Shown here: positions 47,613 to 57,593 of the stretch, piece after piece
How the letters are laid out: each line of letters starts with the position of its first letter
Position numbering within the stretch: position 1 is the first letter of the stretch
Assembly (NCBI GenBank): GCA_031411295.1
Contig: JANOAV010000134.1
Span: forward strand, 1-64,000
DNA length: 64,000 nucleotides
Direction: 5' to 3'
Origin: Verrucomicrobiales bacterium
GTDB lineage: Bacteria; Verrucomicrobiota; Verrucomicrobiia; Verrucomicrobiales; V1-33
Position numbers and translations under genes: made by a program
The notes under the pieces: model-generated
What the model was told of the DNA's origin: nothing
The model's input: the letters and a program-made list of their open reading frames with translations, nothing else
Databases searched by the model: none

Positions 47613-49299
47613 ATGCCAAATCTCGCTGTCTCCCACCGCTGCCGCTCGCTGATCACTGCTGGCGTGACGTTTGGAGCGGCACTTTTCGTGGGCTTCCGTT
47701 GGGGCCCTGAACCTCCTTCGGCAGCAGAGAATGGCCGCAAAGCATCATCTTCTCATGCTGCCTTCAGCAGTTCTGATCCCATGAGCGCACCGTGGTTGGA
47801 TCTCTTGCGGACGGAGGGGCGGTTTTCTGCTAAGGTCCACGCAGCACTCCAGAACATTCCGGAGGCAGCCATCCCGGATGCCTTGCGACTCCTGCCGCAT
47901 GTCCCGCTGGCCGCAGAGGATGAAGCGGGAGCTGCCGCCGTGTTATGGCATCGCCTCACGAGCTTGCATCCAGACACCGCATTCGATCTGCTTTGTCGCA
48001 TGAAATATCGTTTCCAGTTGGATCCAAAACATCGATTGGCTGGAGCGACTCCCGGTGCCTCAAGCATTGGCGATCGTGAAAAGCAGTCCCGCGTTGATTC
48101 GTGCCGCTGAGCCGATCTTTGCCGCATGGGCGAAACTGGATTTCGCAGCCGCCTCCGCTTGGGCGCGCACGGCACCGCCTGCCATGCAAGCATGGGCCCA
48201 CAAAGGATTGCTGGAAACGGGGTCCCCAGTGGACTTGCTAGCATTTGCAGAAACCCTGGTCAGCAGTCGCACGCGCAGCAATTTCCAAGAGTCAGTGCTT
48301 GGAAAATTGGTGCTGCAAGACCCGACCCAAACGCTAGAAAAATTGGATCTTTTGCCACCCAACAGCCAAAGCTCGTTCGTGAGCCGTCATTTGCAAGAAC
48401 TGCTCCAACACGAAGACAGCGCCCTGATCTCCTATCTTGGCAGACATCAGGAAATCAGACTAGGAGTTCATCCGAACGATTTTGCACGTTTGCAAGACTG
48501 GCCTACCGAAGTGGCCGAACGATTATTAAATCTACTACCGAAGTCCCCTGCGGTTGCCCAAAAGCTGGTGGAGGTGAAATCCGAAACCATTCTGAAGCGC
48601 AAACTCAGCGCGCCCGAAACCTATGAGCAATTGCTAGCATTGCACCAGGACGAAGCTTCAGCCGCCACTACCCTGGTTAAACGATGGCTGGAGCTTCCCC
48701 AGAAAGACCAGGAGGGACAGCGCTGGCTGGAGGCTCAACCCTCCAACATCCAACAAGCGGTCTTGTCACAACTCCAGGGGTATTGCAGCAAGATAGGTGT
48801 TAGTTCGCCAGAGGTGCTGTTCCCCATTTTAGCGGCTAGTTTTGCTAAAGCACCTGCCGATAAAATTTCTTCCTATCAGGATAACTTGCGATACCTCGTC
48901 CTAGTGTTAAGCCAAAAGAAATCTCCCGAGGAGTTAGTGAAATGGACAGATTCCCTCCCCCTGAATTCCGTGACAGAGATCGCCAAGGTAGCGACCGCCG
49001 AGACTTGGCTGAATTCCGATCCCCTGGCCGCCTCCGCCTGGGTGCGGACTTGGCCGCAGGGGAAACAGAAGGAACAAGCGGCCACCCACATCGTCCTCAG
49101 CACCGCCGCCGATGATCCCGAGGCCGCAATAAAGTGGCTTGAAGTCATTCAAGACCCTGCCCAACGGGATACCTGCATTTCCCGCGTGGTCGAGAAGCTC
49201 ACCAGTTTCAATCCCGTCCAAGCCCGCCTCTGGGTGGACCAAATTAGCGATCCCAAGGTGCGGGCAAGACTGAAGCAGGCTTACAAAATGCAGCCATAG
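47613..49299 (+). pseudogene. Membrane-anchored helical-repeat protein apparently split by a frameshift near 48004-48055
   Basis: ORF1 (47613-48110) has the N-terminal TM. The second frame is open from 48004 to 49299, lacks its own signal, and carries the repeats (WAKLDFAAASAW, WLNSDPLAASAWV). Confidence 0.6.
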
Positions 49300-49416
49300 G
49301 TCAGACCTCCTCCCCATTAGAACGAGCTTCTTCCCCTACTTCTCAGGATATATAAGGCTGTGGTTGGGATGGTAAAGTTGTGAACGACTGGCGCACCTAC
49401 GGAATCGTCAGTTCGA

Positions 49417-52400
49417 TTACGGCACCAATTGCAGCCTCAGGAAACAGCGATTCAGCGTGCTGGGGACGGCAAATTTTAGGCGGACGTTGGTGTCGCCATT
49501 GGGTTCGGTGCTGAGGAGTTGGGTGGTGGGCGTGGCGGGATTCCAGAGCGTGAGATCGGTGGAGAGATTGCCGAGCAGGGAAGTGTAAACGGCGTGAGGG
49601 CTTAAACGCAGTTCTAATTTGAGGAGGTTGTTGGGTCCGCTGGTTTCCATGCCAGTGAAGTTATAGTAGGCGGAACGGTTGGCGGGAACAGCAGCGGATA
49701 ACGGATCGGTCCCGAGCAGGAATTCGAGACGATTGCTGAGGCCGTCGTTATCGGAATCGTCGATGGGCCCGCTGCCGATGCTGAGGGACTGGGCCCAAGT
49801 GCTGAGGTTGTAGAGCACGGTGAGTTTGGCGCTCAGGCTGGTGGTGCTGCCGGTTAGGCTGGTAACGACGCAACGGTAGTCGGCTTCGTCATTTAAGCTC
49901 ACGCTGGTGAAATTCAGGACGTTCGCATTGGCTCCGCTGAGGTCCACTCCATTCCGCTGCCATTGATAACCGACGGTGTCGGCGGAACCGATGACGCGGA
50001 AACTGGCTGGTGTGGCCAGGGTGCGGACTAAGGGGCTGGGTTGCTCGTAGATGGCTGGTCCGGTGGTGATGGCGGCATTGGCATAACCTGGGGTGGGCGT
50101 CAGCGTTTGCACGTTGACGTCGCCATCGGGGAAACGACCGCCGGAGCCGGCCCCAAAGCGTCCGTAATTCAGGCTGTCGATGGCGGTGGTGATGGTGTCA
50201 TTTTGACTGAGTCGGAGGTATTCGCCTTGGCTGGAGAGGTTAAAGGAAATGGGCTGGGCGCTGATGGCCGTGGGCGGTGGGGCGAATCCGGGAGCGCTGG
50301 CGCTGAGGAAAGTGTCGTCCGTCTGATAGTAACCGAATCCTTGCGCACCAATGAAACTCAGCGGCGGGGCCTGCCATTTGCGACGTCCGCTTTCGCTGGG
50401 TTCATCGCCTAACCAGAGTTCGGCAGTGCTGACGGGATTGGCGGCGGGGTTGTAAATTTCAAGGAACTCAGGGGCAGTGCCAGTGGTATCGGCCAGCCAT
50501 TCATTGATGCGCAAACCGCTGGGGGAGGCCAGGGTGGCTGCCGCGGCGTTGGCTTGGCCTCGGGTAGGAGTTGTCAGTAACGTCCATGAGCCATCCGCTA
50601 GCCGTCCGATCGATTGATCGGCCAGCTGCGTGCCCCAGCGGACTCGATCCCGGATTTGTCCGCTGTAATTCAGTAGTTCCAGCGTATCGGACTGAGTGAG
50701 TGGCAGGCCGCAATTCAGTTCCGTGGTGGGCTGGGAGTAAAACGGATCCGCCCAAATGACTAGCAGAGCGCCTGGATCCATCGTTGTGTTAGGAATAGTC
50801 CACGTGGTGCCGGCAGCATTGCGGAGTTTCCACTGGATCAACTCGATGCTCACGCTCAGCGGATTCCTGAGTTCGATCCACGATGGCCGATGCGCCCAGG
50901 GCGCGGTGTCTCCGTTGCGATTGATCACCAGCACTTCGTTGAGCAACGGAGTGTCGGGGATGGGGACTTGATTTTCCACGCCTGGGCTGGGATAGGTCAG
51001 GGTCACCAGCGGCCCGACGCCATCACGAATGCGGCCTTGGGAAACGTCGGTGGCCTGGGCTCCGTAGGTTAGCGTGTCCAGTTGGACGTTACTTGAATCG
51101 CGCAAAGTGATGGTGGCTCCGGCCGCAGGAAGTTGCATGAGCACGGCATCGCCCCGCTGGGAACCATTGTCGCAGTAGAGGCGCACGTAGTCTTCATCGT
51201 TCAGCGCGCACAGGGAATCGATCCGGAAATATTCGCCACTTCGTTCGCAGTAGATCCCTGTTAGGATGATGGGATCGTTGCTGTCGATATTCGTTAATTC
51301 CAGCCAATCGCTCTGGCCTGGCGCAGGATTGGCGAGGACTTCATTAATCCGAAGTTGCGTGATCGGTGCGGTCGGCACAATATTATTTACCGATCCAGGT
51401 GTGGGAGATCCGAGTGACCAGACGGAGCCACTGCGACCGAAGGAAAGGCCCACGATCTGTGGTCCGTAACGCACGGAATCCACTGTAACCGTCGGACTGC
51501 TTTGCAGCGTAATTTGACCATGCGTGCGATCCATCGCCACCGGAATGCGCCAGCCTGCAAAGGTCTGCGGAGTGCAGGAAACCACGAGCCTTCCGCCAGC
51601 AGGAATGGTTTGCGGGGTCAGGAAACTAACCGAACCATCAGCGGCAGTGCCACTTGAGCCTACGGAAAGGGTCCAGTTGGTGATATCCACGGGATTGGTG
51701 CTGGGATTCAGCAACTCGATGAAATCAACTTGGGTTAGGTCCTCTCCACCACTGGCAAGAAACTCACTGATAACGATACTAGGTGCAGGCGGATTGGCGA
51801 CGGTATTGGCTTGGCCGGGAGAGCCCTTCAGGGCGGTGCTGGCGCGCCAGTTGCCAGGGTTTTGGAGATCCTTGGAGGGATCGATAATTTCCAGCGAGTA
51901 GCCACCGTTGTCCGGCGTGGATGGCCATGGGAGGGAACTTCCATATTCGACGCTGGAGACCAACGCACCAGCCGGCGTGTATAGGCTGAGGCGTTCACCC
52001 CCATTGTTGAGCGAGCCGCTGAAATACCCCAGCACGACCACGCCGGGATATTGTGAGGCGAAGGTGGTGGGATTATTATTGCTGGCCACCACGATGCGCT
52101 GACCGGGCACGAGCACGAGGCTGGCCGGGAAGACGAAATCCACGCCATCCAGATACCAGGACGTCATATCGATGGGCTGAGTGCCGTAATTTACCAACTC
52201 CACGAACTCCGCTGCGGAGCCGCCCTGGTTGCCTTTGGGGTTGTAGTTGATTTCAGAAATGGCCACGGTTGGGATTGGCGGACCAGCGCTGAGATTCAGC
52301 TCCAGCAGGGCGCTCCAGGGGCTGAAGGCAGCAAAGGCGAGGGCGGATCCGCTGGTGCCGCCCACCACAATGGCGGTGGTGTTAGCGACTCGCCAGATGC

Positions 52401-55400
52401 TGTTCTCGTTCTGCGTGCCAGCCGTAACTCTCACCCACGTGCCGCCAATCACTTCGCCATCTGCATCCCAGTCCGTGGCGCGATCCCACACGCCAGTGGC
52501 CCCTGTGCCTAACGTGGTGACAACATAGATGCCATTGGCCGCGCCCACACTTTGATTCTTCATCAGAATGCGATCCCCCGCCACCAAGGTGACGCCGTCC
52601 AGCACTATTGGCGTAGCCGTGAGCTGGCCACGCAGGCTGGTTCCACCGGTTTGCACATAGGTTCCCACGGAGGCAATGGACGCAACGCGCACGGTAGCCT
52701 TCTGCGGGAATCCAGCCAGGGTGGCGCGCGCCCGGGCTTTGACGACCATGGGTCCAGTAACGGCAAAGGGGGTGCTGTAGAGGGTGGCGGCAGCACGTGG
52801 CGTGCCGGTTTGATCATACTGCGGGCGGGGATCCGTGCCGTCGATGGTGTAGTAGATGTCCCCCGTGCTGCTGCCGGTGCCCGCAGCGGGCAGGGCTAGT
52901 TTTACCAAGGTGCCCGCAGGTAAATTGGCATCGCCTAATACCACGTCCGTGACGTTGTTCCGCAACTCCGGTGTGTTGAGAAAGGGATACAAGCCGTTGG
53001 TGCGATACTGCCCTAACACGGTGGTGGTGCGGTTGGGGAAATAGACCGTTTTCAGTCGTCGAATTTCATCATACCAGGCATTGGCCATCACCCCGGGCGT
53101 GAAGGTGCCCAGTTGATTCGCAGCGGTCCGCCCGAGATTAAATTTCAGCGCCCCGCTGGCCCAACTGCCGTTGTATTGCACCGCGGTCGTGTTGTCATAC
53201 CAACTTCCATTCCACGTATAGACTTGGTTGTAGGTGCCGCTGCTATAGGCGTGGACCTTGTAACGATAGTCGCCCCAGCGGGCCGACTCCAAGCAAATTC
53301 CATCCGGCCCTAGCACGGAAATCCATTTATCGAGTCGGGCGATATTTGCCGCAGGCGTCAAGGCTCCGCCCACGCGCACCAGGTGCCGCCAGGCGCGGTC
53401 TGCGAACTCCAGGCGATACTCCGCGTTGGTCTTCACTCGGGGATGAATCACCACGGGAGGAAACAGCCCCGGCGTGGTGGCGAACGTAGTCATGGCGCTG
53501 ATGCGATCCTCAGACTCATGCCAGAGGATGTTTTCCATGTCCCAGGGCATCGCTTTGAACGTGCCGCCGGGGGGACGGATGAAGTAGCAGTTCTTCATGT
53601 ATTTGGCCGAATCCGAACCATCGGTCGCCCAGTCGCGATGGGCCCCCCAAGTTTGCCAGATCATGTAATCTTCGAACCAGGGCAGGTCCAGATAGGTTTT
53701 CAGCGTCTCATATTTCGCGTTGGAGAAAGTGGAGAGATAGTCCGTCGGCGGGTCCGGAACATCGGTCGTGGGAGTGCCTCCGGTCCAACCGATCAGGGTT
53801 TTCAGGGAACTCCAAACGTTCCAGGAACCGCTCTTTAAGGTGGCGTAGCGATTCCCCGCAGCGGAGGTAACGCCCGTCGGTTGTTGCTCAATGACATCGT
53901 GCGAATCCTTGCCGCCTCCGCCCAGGTAGCTGGCGCTGAAGTCCTGCGCCTGGTCTTCCATCAGTTCATACGAGCCCCAGCAGACCCCATTGATAAAGAG
54001 ATTGCAGAAGCGATGGTGACTGGCCACCCGCCCCATATCGCGGAAGGAATTTTTGCAGAACGCCTCGCGCAAACGAATGCCACGGGAACGCTGGCTGGCA
54101 TCGCTATTAACCGGAAGAATGTCCGTCCCGCTTTGATGCAGCCAACTGCCGCCGAAGTCTCCGCGGAGGATGAGTTTGTCCCATTCCTTCACTGGGGAGT
54201 CGGGAAACAAGGAGGACTGAAGTTTCCCAGCGCCATACTTGCCTTTGAAGCGCAGGGTAAATCCATGTTTCGGATTCTTGAACGAATCGCGACTGGCATT
54301 CCCGTGGAGATCAATCCCGGCATCGATGGTGAAGACAGTGGTGCCGTCACCCTGGATGAGTTCCAGCGAGCAAGGCTTGGTCTTATCAATCTTCCAGCTC
54401 GCGGTAGCGCTTGAGGTGGGATAGAGCGGATCGCTTGGGGAGGTGCCGGTGTAAGTGGCTCCATTGGTGCCAAACATATCGGAGCCTTTCATGACCAACG
54501 ATAGCGCAGGCAGACTGTGCAAGGCGGTATTGATGCGCTCAAGGTTGGTTTTTCCCGTAGTGTTATTGACGGCACCGGTGTCGTCGTATTTGGTGGGGTC
54601 CGCATAGACTTTAGGGTCCATGCCGTAGTCCGCCGGGATCTGCCCTGCGGTTAAGTTATTGGCTCCGGTGGCGGTCCCGGTGGCGAATCCTGGTAGTGTG
54701 GCAACAGCGGTAAACGTAGCGTTGGTGCCCCAAGCGAACGGCAGCGGCGTGCCACCGGGCGCTGGAGGATCCGGTAAATTATCCGTCACCCCAGGCTTGT
54801 GATACGGCGGGTTCGGTTGATTCACCACCGTGCCAGGATAGAGGTAAGTGTGGGTCACGGCCTTGCTGGGAACTTTATCCGTGCCGAACGCAGCGAGGCG
54901 AAGGATCGTGGTGTTCGCAATATTTAACGGAGTGGTGTAAGCCGTGCTGGTGGTCACGGGAGGACTGCCGTCCAAGGTATAACGAATGACGGCAGTAGCG
55001 TCCGCACACGTTATGGCCACGGCAAAGGGTTCATTGAAGAACCCGCGTCCCACGCTGGGCACAGGCTCTGGAGTCAAGGCCGTGAGGAGGCTATCGGGAT
55101 TAGCCAGCCCGCCCAATTCCGGTGGTGCGGTGGGATTGGGTGTAGCGGAATTCGGCAAATTATACGCTCCCTGGGAAACACTGGGCGGGCTGAAATAACG
55201 CACCGCTCCGTTGGATGCCTGCGTGCCGTAGCTGAAGTCATAGCGTTGTTCCGGATAGTTCAACCATTGTGAGGATGGCGTTGTTTCCGGTGAGTCCGGC
55301 GGGAAAAGCGCCAGAGTGCCGCCGCTGACATTGAGCGCGAAATTCGTATGCAGATGACCGCTAGCGGGCTTGCGATCCTTACCCGAGGCCCAGACGACGA

Positions 55401-56316
55401 GTCGGCCACCTGCGGCCAGGGTGCGCGCTGGGAAGATCCACTGAGCTGGATTTTCCAGATCATCCGTCAACATCCAGCCCAATAAATTCACGCTAGTGGC
55501 ACCCGGATTATACAGTTCGATCCATGGCGAAGCATCCCAATTTTCATCGCGATAGCCATCCGCATCCGAACCCACCGCCACGACCGCAGCTGCATTGGCC
55601 GCCAGAAATTCCGTGATCACCACCGATCCCGCCGTGCCCAGCGTCACGCTCCAACCCGCTCCACCAAAGGCATTGCCAACCGCGTCCTGAATCCCGTGGC
55701 CCGCAGTCCAAGTGAAATTTACCGTGCCAGCAGCAGGCGACGGAAACGAGAAAACATACGGCCCCAGGTTCTCGCCCGTCATGCTAGTGGCTGCCATGCC
55801 ATTCACCAACAAGTCCGCGGCATTTACTCCAGTGACAATTTCACTGAAGGTCACCACGGCCTTGGTTAGCACTCCCACGGTGGATCCTGCCGCTGGCCGC
55901 ACGTAGTCGATTTCCTGGCCAGCCACGCTGGTGCGAAGTTTCCCTAAGGTGGGAGCAATGGTATCCGTCAGGGTGTAATTCCAGCCTGAGCCGGGAGCAA
56001 ATTCCCCCGTGCCAATGCCAGCGATGGTTTGATCTGGATCCCACGCCACGGCCACCGCACCAGGGCTGGGTTGGGGGAAACTGAACACATACGGCCCTGC
56101 TCCGGAGCCACCCAAGGTATCGGCCGGCTCCCCATTCACGATCAACGCCGTAGCCGCCACGCCCGTGACGGGTTCGTTGAAGGTGATGCTGATGCTAGTT
56201 AAGCTGGACACCGTGGTGCCCGGAGTGGGCGCGGTGACACTTACCGTGGGCGCGGCAAAGCCAGATGGGAGGCTAGCAACGAACGCTAAGACCGTGAGGC
56301 AACGGATCATTTTCAT
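49417..56316 (-). CDS. Giant secreted protein: Ig-like domains, multiple lamin-tail domains, chitobiase/Fn3-like domains, CotH kinase domain
   Basis: Signal peptide; repeated (I/L)(T/S/N)E(F/I/V)..DW(I/L)EL.N motifs; IRYTLDGSPP; LFINGVCWGSY, HRDW, PWDME; C-terminal DSDNDGLSNRLEF..FLRL. Confidence 0.92.
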   Translation of the reverse strand: MKMIRCLTVLAFVASLPSGFAAPTVSVTAPTPGTTVSSLTSISITFNEPVTGVAATALIVNGEPADTLGGSGAGPYVFSFPQPSPGAVAVAWDPDQTIAGIGTGEFAPGSGWNYTLTDTIAPTLGKLRTSVAGQEIDYVRPAAGSTVGVLTKAVVTFSEIVTGVNAADLLVNGMAATSMTGENLGPYVFSFPSPAAGTVNFTWTAGHGIQDAVGNAFGGAGWSVTLGTAGSVVITEFLAANAAAVVAVGSDADGYRDENWDASPWIELYNPGATSVNLLGWMLTDDLENPAQWIFPARTLAAGGRLVVWASGKDRKPASGHLHTNFALNVSGGTLALFPPDSPETTPSSQWLNYPEQRYDFSYGTQASNGAVRYFSPPSVSQGAYNLPNSATPNPTAPPELGGLANPDSLLTALTPEPVPSVGRGFFNEPFAVAITCADATAVIRYTLDGSPPVTTSTAYTTPLNIANTTILRLAAFGTDKVPSKAVTHTYLYPGTVVNQPNPPYHKPGVTDNLPDPPAPGGTPLPFAWGTNATFTAVATLPGFATGTATGANNLTAGQIPADYGMDPKVYADPTKYDDTGAVNNTTGKTNLERINTALHSLPALSLVMKGSDMFGTNGATYTGTSPSDPLYPTSSATASWKIDKTKPCSLELIQGDGTTVFTIDAGIDLHGNASRDSFKNPKHGFTLRFKGKYGAGKLQSSLFPDSPVKEWDKLILRGDFGGSWLHQSGTDILPVNSDASQRSRGIRLREAFCKNSFRDMGRVASHHRFCNLFINGVCWGSYELMEDQAQDFSASYLGGGGKDSHDVIEQQPTGVTSAAGNRYATLKSGSWNVWSSLKTLIGWTGGTPTTDVPDPPTDYLSTFSNAKYETLKTYLDLPWFEDYMIWQTWGAHRDWATDGSDSAKYMKNCYFIRPPGGTFKAMPWDMENILWHESEDRISAMTTFATTPGLFPPVVIHPRVKTNAEYRLEFADRAWRHLVRVGGALTPAANIARLDKWISVLGPDGICLESARWGDYRYKVHAYSSGTYNQVYTWNGSWYDNTTAVQYNGSWASGALKFNLGRTAANQLGTFTPGVMANAWYDEIRRLKTVYFPNRTTTVLGQYRTNGLYPFLNTPELRNNVTDVVLGDANLPAGTLVKLALPAAGTGSSTGDIYYTIDGTDPRPQYDQTGTPRAAATLYSTPFAVTGPMVVKARARATLAGFPQKATVRVASIASVGTYVQTGGTSLRGQLTATPIVLDGVTLVAGDRILMKNQSVGAANGIYVVTTLGTGATGVWDRATDWDADGEVIGGTWVRVTAGTQNENSIWRVANTTAIVVGGTSGSALAFAAFSPWSALLELNLSAGPPIPTVAISEINYNPKGNQGGSAAEFVELVNYGTQPIDMTSWYLDGVDFVFPASLVLVPGQRIVVASNNNPTTFASQYPGVVVLGYFSGSLNNGGERLSLYTPAGALVSSVEYGSSLPWPSTPDNGGYSLEIIDPSKDLQNPGNWRASTALKGSPGQANTVANPPAPSIVISEFLASGGEDLTQVDFIELLNPSTNPVDITNWTLSVGSSGTAADGSVSFLTPQTIPAGGRLVVSCTPQTFAGWRIPVAMDRTHGQITLQSSPTVTVDSVRYGPQIVGLSFGRSGSVWSLGSPTPGSVNNIVPTAPITQLRINEVLANPAPGQSDWLELTNIDSNDPIILTGIYCERSGEYFRIDSLCALNDEDYVRLYCDNGSQRGDAVLMQLPAAGATITLRDSSNVQLDTLTYGAQATDVSQGRIRDGVGPLVTLTYPSPGVENQVPIPDTPLLNEVLVINRNGDTAPWAHRPSWIELRNPLSVSIELIQWKLRNAAGTTWTIPNTTMDPGALLVIWADPFYSQPTTELNCGLPLTQSDTLELLNYSGQIRDRVRWGTQLADQSIGRLADGSWTLLTTPTRGQANAAAATLASPSGLRINEWLADTTGTAPEFLEIYNPAANPVSTAELWLGDEPSESGRRKWQAPPLSFIGAQGFGYYQTDDTFLSASAPGFAPPPTAISAQPISFNLSSQGEYLRLSQNDTITTAIDSLNYGRFGAGSGGRFPDGDVNVQTLTPTPGYANAAITTGPAIYEQPSPLVRTLATPASFRVIGSADTVGYQWQRNGVDLSGANANVLNFTSVSLNDEADYRCVVTSLTGSTTSLSAKLTVLYNLSTWAQSLSIGSGPIDDSDNDGLSNRLEFLLGTDPLSAAVPANRSAYYNFTGMETSGPNNLLKLELRLSPHAVYTSLLGNLSTDLTLWNPATPTTQLLSTEPNGDTNVRLKFAVPSTLNRCFLRLQLVP

Positions 56317-56405
56317 AAGCAAAGCAAGGAGGGGACTGAGAGGACGGTGGCCCGGCTGTGGGGGAGCAGTTTGCGGCAGTAAATTGAATTCGTCTATCTT
56401 GTAGC

Positions 56406-56448
56406 AAAAAGCAGCCGGAGTGACAAGACCCCGGCTGCGATTTTTTTT
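56406..56448 (-). terminator. Rho-independent terminator after the PEP-CTERM gene (possibly bidirectional)
   Basis: AAAAA-GCAGCCGG...CCGGCTGC-GA-TTTTTTTT. Confidence 0.75.
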
Positions 56449-56462
56449 CAAGAGTTGACAGA

Positions 56463-57446
56463 CTATTTACGTTGCCGCCGCGCCAGCAGCGCGAGTCCGC
56501 CAAGCACCAGCAGGCTGGAGGGTTCGGGGACGGGAACCGCTCCGTTATTGATAGCCAGAGCCACCGCACGGATAAACATGGCCTCACCTTCAGGGGTGAG
56601 GTTTTCGTAACCGGCATTGCCCACGCCATTGTTTGGGGCGGCCGCAGCTTCGCGATTGCCGGCCAGAAACTGTAACCGATAGCCTCCCAAGATTTGCCCA
56701 GAAGAAACCGCGCCCGTGCCAGTCGTCGCCAAGGTGGTGCCAGCTGGCAGAGAGGCTATGTATGGGGAAGTGAGCCCCCCTACGAGTGAGGTGGCGATAA
56801 CAGTTCCACCAGCGTTGATGGTGCTGCCAGTGAGGTTACTGATGCCGCGGACATCTGCGGCACTGTCCGCAGGAAAGTTAATAACTTGTGAGATGCTATC
56901 AACCGTTGTGCTCCCAACCATGGAAGCGGACCCGATCAAGTAGGCCTGCACTGGATCTGTCGTGTTTGTGAAAGTCAGCGGGTTCAGCACCTGATCCGGC
57001 TGCACTGGCGCACCGGTGGTGGAGAACCATCCCAAGCGGCTAGAGCGGCTGAAGTAGGTGTTGGTGCTGATCAGCGGCTTCGTGATATCAACATTCCAAG
57101 GCTTGGTTTCCACCGCAGTATCGAAGAGGGCACTATTCCCAGAACGGCCTAGGATGACCACATCGTAGGTGTTCATGGTGGCTACGTCAGTTGAACTGAG
57201 GACGTTGGGGGTATCTGCGGGATTGAAACGAGTAACCGTATGTCCTGCGGCAGTAAGAATATTGATGAATCCTTGATCGCAGTATGGCCCAGTTCCGCCC
57301 GTAAATGTGCCGTTTGGGCTCTGGTTATTGTCGCTGGCCCCCGTGCCAACCAGTTGATCGGAAACCCAGACGATATTGGCCGCCGGCACCGTAGAGGTGA
57401 GGCCACCTAAGGAGAAGATGAGCGCGAGGAGAGGGTGTTTTTTCAT
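56463..57446 (-). CDS. PEP-CTERM sorting domain protein
   Basis: Signal peptide; C-terminal VPEPSSLLVLGGLALLARRQRK. Confidence 0.95.
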   Translation of the reverse strand: MKKHPLLALIFSLGGLTSTVPAANIVWVSDQLVGTGASDNNQSPNGTFTGGTGPYCDQGFINILTAAGHTVTRFNPADTPNVLSSTDVATMNTYDVVILGRSGNSALFDTAVETKPWNVDITKPLISTNTYFSRSSRLGWFSTTGAPVQPDQVLNPLTFTNTTDPVQAYLIGSASMVGSTTVDSISQVINFPADSAADVRGISNLTGSTINAGGTVIATSLVGGLTSPYIASLPAGTTLATTGTGAVSSGQILGGYRLQFLAGNREAAAAPNNGVGNAGYENLTPEGEAMFIRAVALAINNGAVPVPEPSSLLVLGGLALLARRQRK

Positions 57447-57593
57447 GGGGACGAATGAGGAATTCGTGTGTTTTAGAGAAAGGTGACGATTTTGACAAGA
57501 TTAAAATTAAAGAGTTTTAACAATCTGATTCAGTCGCACCATCGACCTGCCGTCGGCGTGAGAAGCTGGCAGCACGCTCGCTCGTTGCCGGTC

